DNA from: Rikenellaceae bacterium
GTDB taxonomy: Bacteria; Bacteroidota; Bacteroidia; Bacteroidales; Rikenellaceae
Direction: 5' to 3'
Assembly: GCA_015059845.1 (NCBI GenBank)
Contig: SUZR01000011.1
Coordinates: forward strand, 2,845 to 66,844
Length of the DNA stretch: 64,000 nt
In this document: one piece after another, positions 10,731-19,693 of the stretch
Layout: the number at the start of each line of letters is the position of its first letter
How positions within the stretch are numbered: position 1 is the first letter of the stretch
Made by a program: the position numbers and the translations under genes
Notes under the pieces: generated by a model
What the model was told of the DNA's origin: nothing
Databases searched by the model: none
Seen by the model: the letters and a program-made list of their open reading frames with translations, nothing else

Positions 10731-11624
10731 ATGCGCCTGACAGAGAAAATAATCGCAGCACTGCAAAATACATTCGACACCCTTCTCTTCCTGGCCACGA
10801 TGGCCGTGAAGGAGGATTTTCGTAACCACGTAGCACGTGCGGGGGCACAGGATATGAACCCCTCACGTCGTCTCGCCATCCTCGGCAACGGCCCCTCGCT
10901 TGCCGAACAACTGCCCGCGCTTATCGAGCGGCAGGAGTGGCAGAGAGTGGATATGATGGCGGTGAACTTCTTCGCACTGAGCGAAGAGTTTGTGCAGGTA
11001 CGCCCGAAGTATTACGTTATCTCCGACCCGATGTTCTTCCGTGCGGCGGGTCGCTCGGAGCGCGTGGACGCATTATATAAGGCTTTGGCAGAGAGGGTTA
11101 CGTGGCCAATGACTTTATATGTACAGTACTACAATCCCGAGCATTTCGACTACAGGGCTGCCATTGCCGCCAACCCGATGATTCGCATCGTTCGCTTCCA
11201 CTCGATAGTTTTTCACGGCTTCCGCAGCGTGGAGTTCTGGCTCTACCGCCGAGGCATAGGCTCGGGAAACTTTGGTACGGTGGTGCAGAATGGCGAGTTT
11301 ATAGGTATCCTGCTCGGCTACAAGCAGATAGAGCTTTATGGCGTGGACCATACGCTGCTGGATGGACTGTGCGTGGATAATGAGAATCGCCTCTGCCGCA
11401 CGCAGAGCCACTACTACGACACCACGCCGCAAGCGCCAAAGCCGATATACTACAACGCCACAAATCCCCCACGTCCCTACACGATGCACGAATATCTGGC
11501 CGAGACGGCCGAGCTGTTCCGCGGACACGAGGTCTTGCGCGACTGGGCCGCGGAGGAGGGCGTGAGAATCATAAACCGCACGCGTGGCTCGATGATAGAT
11601 GCCTACGAGCGTGAGCCGATGTAA
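10731..11624 (+). CDS. Hypothetical protein with GNGPSL / LGYKQIELYGVDH motifs (CstII-type sialyltransferase or DUF115/MptE-like fold)
   Basis: RLAILGNGPSL, VNFF, YYVISDP and GILLGYKQIELYGVDH; divergent from the GT2 gene. Confidence 0.55.
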   Translation: MRLTEKIIAALQNTFDTLLFLATMAVKEDFRNHVARAGAQDMNPSRRLAILGNGPSLAEQLPALIERQEWQRVDMMAVNFFALSEEFVQVRPKYYVISDPMFFRAAGRSERVDALYKALAERVTWPMTLYVQYYNPEHFDYRAAIAANPMIRIVRFHSIVFHGFRSVEFWLYRRGIGSGNFGTVVQNGEFIGILLGYKQIELYGVDHTLLDGLCVDNENRLCRTQSHYYDTTPQAPKPIYYNATNPPRPYTMHEYLAETAELFRGHEVLRDWAAEEGVRIINRTRGSMIDAYEREPM

Positions 11625-11683
11625 AAAATAAGGGTCCCTTTCGGACACCCTCTTTTCATTTAATTACAATCTTGTATTGAAGC

Positions 11684-12121
11684 TTAGTCGTCAATCTCAA
11701 TCAGGCGAAACTCTTTGTTGAAGGTAAGCTCCAGACGGTTCGACAGCGACACCTCATAATCGCGGCGGTCGCGGTCAATCTTCGTAATCCTGGCATCGGG
11801 ATAGTTCTGCTTCACATAATCCTTTATCTGCTGGGGAACGATGTCGGCAGGCACCGCATCAGCCTTACGCTCAACGCTCTTCCACTCGCCATTGGCCGCA
11901 AACTCTATCTTCGCGCCATTGGTGAGGACCACCTCATACTCCTTGCTCATCCAATCGCTATCCTCCTTAGCAAAAGAGAGTCCCACCTGAGGGTAATACT
12001 TCTTGAGGAAGTGCTGTGCCTTCTGAGGAAGCTGCTCGATAGTTATAGGGCGGTCGGCATCGGCCCACGCAATATTCAGGGTAAGGAAAACAACGATTAC
12101 TGTTAACATAAACTTTTTCAT
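11684..12121 (-). CDS. PepSY-like / beta-lactamase-inhibitor-like periplasmic protein
   Basis: Signal peptide; two repeats of the LP..AQ.F.K..YP...YEV.L.NG..IEF...GEW pattern. Confidence 0.85.
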   Translation of the reverse strand: MKKFMLTVIVVFLTLNIAWADADRPITIEQLPQKAQHFLKKYYPQVGLSFAKEDSDWMSKEYEVVLTNGAKIEFAANGEWKSVERKADAVPADIVPQQIKDYVKQNYPDARITKIDRDRRDYEVSLSNRLELTFNKEFRLIEIDD

Positions 12122-12235
12122 AATTCACTCATTTTTCATTTAACATCTTTCTCACACTGCAAAGATTATACACAATTATGAAATGAATTTGAAAAATAGA
12201 TTTTTCTGCAACTTTTTTCTAAAAATTTGCTTCCA

Positions 12236-13858
12236 CTACTTAAATATCTCTGGATACCTATTTATAAAATATACGGGCGTGCAACTCCAAGCGTGGCAAT
12301 AGCTATTGATGGGATAGAATCCGTAGGGCGATTTCTTGTCGTCGTTGGGATCGTAAACCTCCCAGAAGGTGTCGGCGCCCTTGTCAATCATTCCGCCCCA
12401 ATACGATATGAGCAACTCGCGTGCCTGACTATTCATACCGCACTTTAGCATAGCCTCAATCAAATAGTGGTAGGCATAGGGCGAGCCGGGGTAGCAGGTT
12501 GTGGCGTCGTTCAAAACATACTCCAAGGCGCGCACGCCCTCCTTTGCCGAGAGCGTCTCGGAGAGAATCATCCACACCTGCGAGAGATATGACACCTGAT
12601 TATCGCCCGAGAGGATAACACCGCGCGACTTATCATAAAACCTCGCGCGCGACGCCTTGCGCATAGACTTAACCACCGAGGGCCACTCCTTAACCTCCGC
12701 CTCGCGGCCCAGCAGGCAGGCGAGCTCATAGCTCTTGTCGATGGCAAAGGTCATAAGGCCCTGAATAGGCGCGTGGCGATTTAGGTCGTCCTTCCAATCG
12801 AAGACTAACCACCACGAAGGCTGCTTATCCACATCGTAAACCCAATCCTTGAGATATGTACGCGCAAACTCTATCTGATACTTCACCACGGGCCACAACT
12901 CCTCGGCCGTAGTGCGGTCGCCTGTCTCCTTAAAATACTCCAGCAGCGCCACACCATAGAGAAGACTGTAATCCATCGTATGCTGGTTGGTCTGCGGCTC
13001 GGGTTTAGGCAACTCATATACGGTGGCGTGCAGAAATCCCTCCTCGTCAGCCAAGGCCGCAAGCAGATAAAGGCAGCGCTTTGTAAGTTCGTGATTCTTA
13101 TACGAATAGGCATTTGCCAACGCCTCCAAATAGAGGTCGCCAATCCACAGACGCTGGTCGCGCTTAGGGCCATCTTCATATACGGTCTGCATACACTCGG
13201 CAAGAGTCTTGAGCCCTATCTCGTTAATCTTCTTGATGCGCTCATCGGTCTGCGGAGCCAACGCCGCAGGTGTTCCACTCGCTGAGGTTACGGCGCGGAA
13301 CGATATATCCTCAATGCGGAAGTCGTAGTACGACTGCGCCAAGAGTTCAATCTTCACATAGCGGCAAGCCAAACGGCGCTCAACGGTAACAACCTCGGGC
13401 AGACGCATAACGGTGATTACCTCGTCCTGCAACCACGCGCGGCTCAGGCTACCCGTATATGGCTCGAAGGGTGTATTCAGCTCGGCAGGTACTTCGGCAA
13501 AAGTGAGCTTAAATCTTAGGGGCGCATCGGCGGGCAGGCCCATATGGCCAACCTTCATCGTGAAGTAGCCCGTATAGTGGTCGCCCAAGTCGAGAATAAC
13601 CTCCTTGCGAGGCTTGAAAGACTCCTTATATAGCGCCTCAACAGCTTCGTCGGTGCGCTCCATACGCCAACCCTGAAAGGCCTTATCGTCGGCAACACTT
13701 CGCACGATGCTTTGGGGTTTTATCACAGACACCTGCAACTTGGGTTTGGCCTCCTCGGCCTTACGCAACCACGCTTCGCGCTGTGCGGCAAAAGCAACCT
13801 CCTGCGCAGAGATATTCGTTGCAAACAGAAGGGCAAAAAATAGAAATATAATACGCAT
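12236..13858 (-). CDS. GH78-like alpha-L-rhamnosidase family glycoside hydrolase
   Basis: Signal peptide, EDGPKRDQRLWIGD, GADTFWE and SYCHAWS motifs. Confidence 0.85.
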   Translation of the reverse strand: MRIIFLFFALLFATNISAQEVAFAAQREAWLRKAEEAKPKLQVSVIKPQSIVRSVADDKAFQGWRMERTDEAVEALYKESFKPRKEVILDLGDHYTGYFTMKVGHMGLPADAPLRFKLTFAEVPAELNTPFEPYTGSLSRAWLQDEVITVMRLPEVVTVERRLACRYVKIELLAQSYYDFRIEDISFRAVTSASGTPAALAPQTDERIKKINEIGLKTLAECMQTVYEDGPKRDQRLWIGDLYLEALANAYSYKNHELTKRCLYLLAALADEEGFLHATVYELPKPEPQTNQHTMDYSLLYGVALLEYFKETGDRTTAEELWPVVKYQIEFARTYLKDWVYDVDKQPSWWLVFDWKDDLNRHAPIQGLMTFAIDKSYELACLLGREAEVKEWPSVVKSMRKASRARFYDKSRGVILSGDNQVSYLSQVWMILSETLSAKEGVRALEYVLNDATTCYPGSPYAYHYLIEAMLKCGMNSQARELLISYWGGMIDKGADTFWEVYDPNDDKKSPYGFYPINSYCHAWSCTPVYFINRYPEIFK

Positions 13859-13866
13859 ATAACTGA

Positions 13867-14922
13867 TTATTTCAACGTTACACTATTTCGTTCGCGCTCA
13901 ATCTTACGTATCGTATTGTCGAGATATCGCTGTATATCCTCGCGCAGTTTTGCATATAGAGGGCACGAGGTGTAGTTCTCATTATCGAGCAACACATCGC
14001 GTATCGAACGCAAGGTGTTCATATAGTTACTCATCTCATTCTTGAGCGGCAGGCCCTGCTTCTTCGAGGAGTTTATCTTGGCCACCGACATCTGTCGCAG
14101 CTTATCGCAGACGGAGTTGAGCATCGGCATAACGACATTGTCCATCAGCGTGTGGCCGTGCATATAGAGATATGTGTTCTCCGGCTCCACGCCCTTCGTG
14201 CGCAGATACTCACCAAAGGCCTCAATATCATCGCGCATATCGGGATGCTCATCCTCCAGGCGACGCAGTTTGCGCTGCACCTGACGGCCCACCCACGCCA
14301 GCGTATCGGCTCCGTTGTACTCCACCTCCAGATAACCCAGACGCACCGTATTCTTAAACTCCTGAAGCGTAAAAACCGACTCATAAGAGAGCTGCGCCGA
14401 GTAGGCGTACCACAGGAAGATGGGGTAAATCTGACGCGAGTACTCGGCCATAAACTCCACGAAATCAAATATATGACAATCGTTCTTTGTAGCCTTCACG
14501 CAGACGTTGTGCAGCGACGGGGCGTAGCAGAGGTAGTTCTCCGTAGCGTAGGTGTAGGTGTGGAACATAAACTCCGCCTCGTTAATCTCCTTCGCCTGCT
14601 CGGTCCTATCGCCGAAGAGGTAGTCGAAATCGGAATCGACACAGAGCAGCAGCTCCTCGCTGGAGTGCGGAATCATTGACATCAGCACCTTCTTACCCTT
14701 GGGCAGGTCCTCGCGGTTGGGTACCGAAATCTCGAAACGGAGATAGGGGTTATCGAAATGGTCAAAAATAGCGCGCCAGAAGGCCACATCCTCGTAACCC
14801 TCGACAAATACGCGCACCAGCTTGCGCCCATCATCCACCGCCACCGGCAGACACGGCTGCTGCTCGTAGCGTTGGCGCAAAGCGGCCTCTTTTTTTAACT
14901 TTTCGATTGTTGCCCGTTTCAT
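13867..14922 (-). CDS. DUF4435 domain protein (TOPRIM-like)
   Basis: VFVEGYEDVAFW, LCVDSDFDYL, TYTYATENY and HGHTL motifs. Confidence 0.8.
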   Translation of the reverse strand: MKRATIEKLKKEAALRQRYEQQPCLPVAVDDGRKLVRVFVEGYEDVAFWRAIFDHFDNPYLRFEISVPNREDLPKGKKVLMSMIPHSSEELLLCVDSDFDYLFGDRTEQAKEINEAEFMFHTYTYATENYLCYAPSLHNVCVKATKNDCHIFDFVEFMAEYSRQIYPIFLWYAYSAQLSYESVFTLQEFKNTVRLGYLEVEYNGADTLAWVGRQVQRKLRRLEDEHPDMRDDIEAFGEYLRTKGVEPENTYLYMHGHTLMDNVVMPMLNSVCDKLRQMSVAKINSSKKQGLPLKNEMSNYMNTLRSIRDVLLDNENYTSCPLYAKLREDIQRYLDNTIRKIERERNSVTLK

Positions 14923-14948
14923 AATTTGTTGTAAATATAAGTATTTAT

Positions 14949-14956
14949 TAACTTTG
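14949..14956 (+). promoter_or_regulatory. -7 box for the SUI1 gene
   Basis: TAACTTTG in the divergent intergenic region. Confidence 0.55.
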
Positions 14957-15061
14957 TGCCAAACAATCCGCGATGTTTTACGCGGCTAAATGCCCAAGCA
15001 GAACACTTTTTGCAGCATAGATTATGCTTGCTGAAGCTTTATAAAGGAAAAAATATTGACT

Positions 15062-15403
15062 ATGAACGACTGGAAAGCACGTCTTGGTATGGTCTATTCG
15101 ACCAACCCCGACTTTGAATATACAACCGCCGAAGAGGAGCAGGCCACTACCCTGCCCCCGCAGCAGCAGAATCTGCGCGTGTGGCTCGACCGCAAGCAGC
15201 GCGGTGGCAAGACCGTAACTCTGGTAAAGGGCTTTGTCGGCACGGACGAGGACCTCAGCGAGTTGGGTCGTATGCTCAAGAGCAGATGTGGCGTAGGTGG
15301 CTCGGCGAAGGATGGCGAGATAATCATTCAGGGCGACCACCGCGACCGCGTTGTGGAGCTGCTCACGCAGGCTGGATACAAGTGTAAAAAGGCGGGAAAT
15401 TAG
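15062..15403 (+). CDS. yciH: SUI1/YciH translation initiation factor
   Basis: RKQRGGKTVT, LKSRCGVGGSAKDGEIIIQGDHR. Confidence 0.93.
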   Translation: MNDWKARLGMVYSTNPDFEYTTAEEEQATTLPPQQQNLRVWLDRKQRGGKTVTLVKGFVGTDEDLSELGRMLKSRCGVGGSAKDGEIIIQGDHRDRVVELLTQAGYKCKKAGN

Positions 15404-15408
15404 GCTTT

Positions 15409-18387
15409 ATGAAAAGAGTTAAATCGAAGATATGCAGAGTATTACTCACCGTGGCGGCGTTGCTGGCGTGCCACGTGGCGAGCGCCCAATATTATAGTTG
15501 GGGTGCCGACCCTGCACGTTTTCGCTGGATGCAGGCCAAGGGCGAGAAGTCGAATGTGATATATCCGCAGCACGCCTCGCAGATAGGTCTGACCACGCTC
15601 TACTTTACCGACCGTATGCGCCCCTACATCGACTACGGTTTCAAACTGCCACCACTCGACCTGCCCTTCGTTGTTCACCCCGAGAATATGGAGTCGAACG
15701 GCTTGGTGATGTGGCTGCCGAAGCGTGTGGAGTTCCTCTCCACGCCCGCCATTGACGGCTACTCTATGCCGTGGATAAAGCAGCTCGTGGCGCACGAGTA
15801 TCGCCACGCGGCACAGTACAACAACCTCAACGTGGGCGTTGTGAAGGTGCTGAGCTATCTCATCGGCCAGCAGAGTTCGACCATCGGATTGGTATTTATG
15901 CCGCTATGGATGATGGAGGGCGATGCCACGATGTGCGAGACGCAGGCCTCGTCGTTCGGCCGTGCCCTGCAGCCGCGCTTCACGCTGGAGTTCCGCGCTA
16001 TGGGCGACATTGTGGATAAGTATCGTAACACCGATAAGTTCTTCTGCGGCTCCTACCGCGACTTTATCCCCGACCACTATCAGCTCGGTTATCAGATGGT
16101 TGCGCACGGCAACGAACTCGCAGGCCGCATTATGGCCAACGATATGGCCTCGTATGGCCCGCGTAAGCCGTGGACAATAGTGTCGGAGAATTGGCGTATG
16201 AAGCGTCTGTTCGGATTCTCCACAACACAACTCTTCCGCTCTACATTCAAACACCTGACCGACTACTGGAGTCAGATTCCCACCCCCGAGAATAGCGCCA
16301 CGCTGCTGGCTACGCCCGCCGTACGCAGCTACACGACCTACTCGAGTCCTCTCTTTGTTGATGGTGAGGTGATAATGCTCAAAAACGACTTGGACCGCCC
16401 TTCGCGTTTCGTGGCTCTCAACGCCACAACGGGCGAGGAGCGCACGCTCTGCTATACGGGATATGTGGCTACGCAGCCCTCGTATGACGAGATTAACAAC
16501 CGCATCTGGTGGACCGAGTATCGCCGCAGCACGATGTTTGAGCAGAAGGTGACCTCGACACTATGCTACCTCGACCTTGACAAGCGCCGTCCCCGCACCC
16601 GCTCGATGGGCGGCCGTAACATCCTCTACCCCACACCCGACGATGAGGGTGGCCTCGCGTGGGCAGAGTATTCGGCCGACGGAATATACACCCTCCACCA
16701 CGAGTATTGTGACGGGCAGCACTTCTCGTTTGCACTCCCCTTCGGGCAGGAGGTACACTCGCTGGCGTGGGATAATACGACACGTTGCCACTACTGCATA
16801 ATTACGGGTGACGAGGGTATGTGGATTTCGCGCATTACGCCCGAAAAAGAGTTTTCGAGAGTGACACAACCTGCGTATATCACGCTGAGCAGGCTGCGTG
16901 CCCGTGACGGAAAACTATACTTCGGCTCCATAGCCTCGGGTCGTGACGAGATACACTGCTACGACCTCGCCACAGACAAGGAGTATCAGCTTACGGAGTC
17001 AACCTACGGCTCGTTCGATGCAGCACCCGCCGAGGATGGACAGATAGTGCTGACGACATACGACTCGTTGGGCTATCACCCCGCGGTGCAGAAGATGGAT
17101 AAGGTATGGCGCGAGGTGGAGTACTCGAAGCTACCGAAGAATGTGGTTAACCCGCCCCGCAAGAGCTGGGGCATAATAAACCTCGACACGGTGAAGATGC
17201 TGGAGCCCGACTCCACTCTCACACGCTCGGCCAGCAAGATACGCCGTTACCGCAAGGGATTGACACTCTTTAACTTCCACAGCTGGGCACCGTTGGCATA
17301 CGACCCCTTTGCGTTGAGCGAGGATGGAGCGATAAATATGAATATCGGCGCAACCGTGATGACGCAAAATCTGCTCTCGTCGATGCAGGGATTCCTCAGC
17401 TACGGATACAGTAACCACGCAGGTCACATCTTCAAGACCTCGCTGCGCTACTATGGTCTGGGCCCCACCATCAGCTTCAATGCGACGTATGGCGGTCATC
17501 AGAACATATACCCCATCTACACCTACAACCCCGAGAAGCACGAGATAGAGCTGCCCGAGGCACCCTCGCGTGGAAAGTTCTACGCCGTAGGTCTTAACGT
17601 GCAGTTCCCATTCCTCTTTCAGCGCGGATACCATACGCGCTACCTTATTGCATCGGCAGGCTGGGAGTACTCGAACGGTCTGGTGGCCAACACGGGGAAA
17701 TTATCGTTTGACGATGGAGGCATAAGTAATATTGCTACCATCGGCTACTCGAAGGGTATTCATCTGGCAACATTTGGACTCGGTTTTCAGGATTTCGTGC
17801 GTCAGGCACACCGCGACTTTGCACCCCCCTGGGGCGTGGTGGCCTCGGCAACATACGCCACAAACCCCGCAAGCGGAGCCTTCAGCGACCTGCTGGCACT
17901 TTATGCGAAAGTATATACTCCAGGATTTGCACGCCACAACAGCCTGACATTGGCTATGGCCTACCAGACCTCCATCGGAGGATTTGAGAGCAAGGATGCC
18001 CTGTCGGCTCTATCGTTCAAATCGACACGTCTGCTACCGCGCGGATTCAACTCCACGCAGATTGAGAACCGCAACTACCTGGCCTCATCGCTCAACTATC
18101 AGCTGCCGATATGCTACCCCGATGGCGGATGGCGCGGAATCGTCTATTTCAAGCGCATACGTCTGAATGCCGGCTTCGACTACGCACAATTCGAGCGTGG
18201 CCGCTTCTACGAAGATGGCTCGCTGCGCCACGAGTGGCACCACATAAACTCTTGGGGTGGAGATATTATCTTCGACTGCAACTTCCTCGGACAGCCCGCA
18301 TCAGCGACAACGGCGTTGAAACTCTCGCTCTATAAGCCCAGCGAGGGAAATCTCTACTTCTCGGTAGGTATGGAGCTGCCGTTCTAA
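15409..18387 (+). CDS. Large outer-membrane protein: gluzincin-like domain, beta-propeller region and C-terminal beta-barrel (Omp85-like architecture)
   Basis: Signal peptide; HEYRH with downstream WMMEGDA; propeller-like middle; amphipathic strands ending FSVGMELPF. Confidence 0.6.
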   Translation: MKRVKSKICRVLLTVAALLACHVASAQYYSWGADPARFRWMQAKGEKSNVIYPQHASQIGLTTLYFTDRMRPYIDYGFKLPPLDLPFVVHPENMESNGLVMWLPKRVEFLSTPAIDGYSMPWIKQLVAHEYRHAAQYNNLNVGVVKVLSYLIGQQSSTIGLVFMPLWMMEGDATMCETQASSFGRALQPRFTLEFRAMGDIVDKYRNTDKFFCGSYRDFIPDHYQLGYQMVAHGNELAGRIMANDMASYGPRKPWTIVSENWRMKRLFGFSTTQLFRSTFKHLTDYWSQIPTPENSATLLATPAVRSYTTYSSPLFVDGEVIMLKNDLDRPSRFVALNATTGEERTLCYTGYVATQPSYDEINNRIWWTEYRRSTMFEQKVTSTLCYLDLDKRRPRTRSMGGRNILYPTPDDEGGLAWAEYSADGIYTLHHEYCDGQHFSFALPFGQEVHSLAWDNTTRCHYCIITGDEGMWISRITPEKEFSRVTQPAYITLSRLRARDGKLYFGSIASGRDEIHCYDLATDKEYQLTESTYGSFDAAPAEDGQIVLTTYDSLGYHPAVQKMDKVWREVEYSKLPKNVVNPPRKSWGIINLDTVKMLEPDSTLTRSASKIRRYRKGLTLFNFHSWAPLAYDPFALSEDGAINMNIGATVMTQNLLSSMQGFLSYGYSNHAGHIFKTSLRYYGLGPTISFNATYGGHQNIYPIYTYNPEKHEIELPEAPSRGKFYAVGLNVQFPFLFQRGYHTRYLIASAGWEYSNGLVANTGKLSFDDGGISNIATIGYSKGIHLATFGLGFQDFVRQAHRDFAPPWGVVASATYATNPASGAFSDLLALYAKVYTPGFARHNSLTLAMAYQTSIGGFESKDALSALSFKSTRLLPRGFNSTQIENRNYLASSLNYQLPICYPDGGWRGIVYFKRIRLNAGFDYAQFERGRFYEDGSLRHEWHHINSWGGDIIFDCNFLGQPASATTALKLSLYKPSEGNLYFSVGMELPF

Positions 18388-18405
18388 CTCTCCGCAGCCG
18401 AATCC

Positions 18406-19497
18406 TTAGCAGCCTACAACCCAGCGGCCGCCGGGGATGTAGGAGATAATCTTAACCGAGAGATAGCTCGTAAGGAATGTAGCTGCCGTAATTGCAGGGA
18501 TGGCTATGGCTGTATGCAAAGCCATCTGCTCCTTGAAGAGCGACACCCACAGACCAATCCAGAAGAGATGCACGAGGTAGATTCCGAAACTCATACGCGA
18601 CATATCGTTCACTGCGGCAGGAGCCTTCTGCTGCTCGATGCAACCGAAGAGCAGGAATGCGCCCACGGTGAGCAGCACGCAGTTAGGCGTACAGAATGCC
18701 CAGCCCAGCTCGATAACGGGTGTAGAGTGCGTAACGCCCGGTATGGCCTGCACGTAGAACGAGTAGATGGTTATCACAGCACCAACCAGCATTGCCGACA
18801 ATCCTACCCAGAAACGGCGGTTGCGGCTCCAATTTAGATGTACGCGAACGTAGTGTGCCACAACGAGATAGCCGATATATCCCGAGAAATTCCACAACAT
18901 ATGGTACTCGTTCCAGAAGCACTGCCCCCACACCTCGCCAAACCAGCGATTCAGATACGGAATGCAGGTTGAAAGCAGGAACAGAGCGATGAAGAAACGC
19001 TCCTCACGTGCCGAGACTGTGCGTAGCCACGGCGATATGACGGGGATAAAGAGGTAAAGACCAATCAGCGGATACATAAACCAGAAGTGGCCCGCCATCG
19101 AGGGGAAGTTGAGCAACAGGCGCTGCATATCGGTTGTAGCCATCTCCACGCTCGTGCCACCCCACATCAACGGCAGCAGGCTATAGAGTACCATAAAGGA
19201 GATAAACGGCGGCAGGATACGACGACAGCGGCGCTTATAAAAATCCCACGCACTCTGCCCCTCGGCCATAGGGGCGAGCAGGAAGGCCGAAACAATAATA
19301 AACAGAGGCACCGACATACGCGAGAAACCATCGTACAGCGACACCCACAAGCGGTCGGTCTCATTGGCAAGGAACGACTGCGGGCCTGCCAGAGCGCTAT
19401 CGCCCACAACGCCATAATATTGCTCCGAGGCGTGGACCAGAATAACTAAAAAGCAGGCAAAAATGCGGATATAATCAAGAAATACGATTCGTTTCAT
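18406..19497 (-). CDS. Acyltransferase family 3 membrane protein
   Basis: RIVFLDYIRIFACFLVILVH, SVPLFIIVSAF, HFWFMY and SFGIYLVH motifs; about 10 TM segments. Confidence 0.9.
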   Translation of the reverse strand: MKRIVFLDYIRIFACFLVILVHASEQYYGVVGDSALAGPQSFLANETDRLWVSLYDGFSRMSVPLFIIVSAFLLAPMAEGQSAWDFYKRRCRRILPPFISFMVLYSLLPLMWGGTSVEMATTDMQRLLLNFPSMAGHFWFMYPLIGLYLFIPVISPWLRTVSAREERFFIALFLLSTCIPYLNRWFGEVWGQCFWNEYHMLWNFSGYIGYLVVAHYVRVHLNWSRNRRFWVGLSAMLVGAVITIYSFYVQAIPGVTHSTPVIELGWAFCTPNCVLLTVGAFLLFGCIEQQKAPAAVNDMSRMSFGIYLVHLFWIGLWVSLFKEQMALHTAIAIPAITAATFLTSYLSVKIISYIPGGRWVVGC

Positions 19498-19666
19498 AGC
19501 TTTCGGGATTGGGTTATTTTTTCAAATCAAACAAAGATAATATTTTCATCGTAAATAACCACGTCCGTGGCGTATATTCTCCTCAAGCAGAGCCTGCAAC
19601 CACGCCCCAATATGAAATTTATACCACATCTATAGATGTGAAAGCCTCAGTTCCGAAATAAATCAC

Positions 19667-19674
19667 TATATTTG
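19667..19674 (+). promoter_or_regulatory. -7 box for PBP1A-asd
   Basis: TATATTTG 19 nt before the ATG. Confidence 0.6.
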
Positions 19675-19693
19675 TACGTTTATTGAGCAACAA

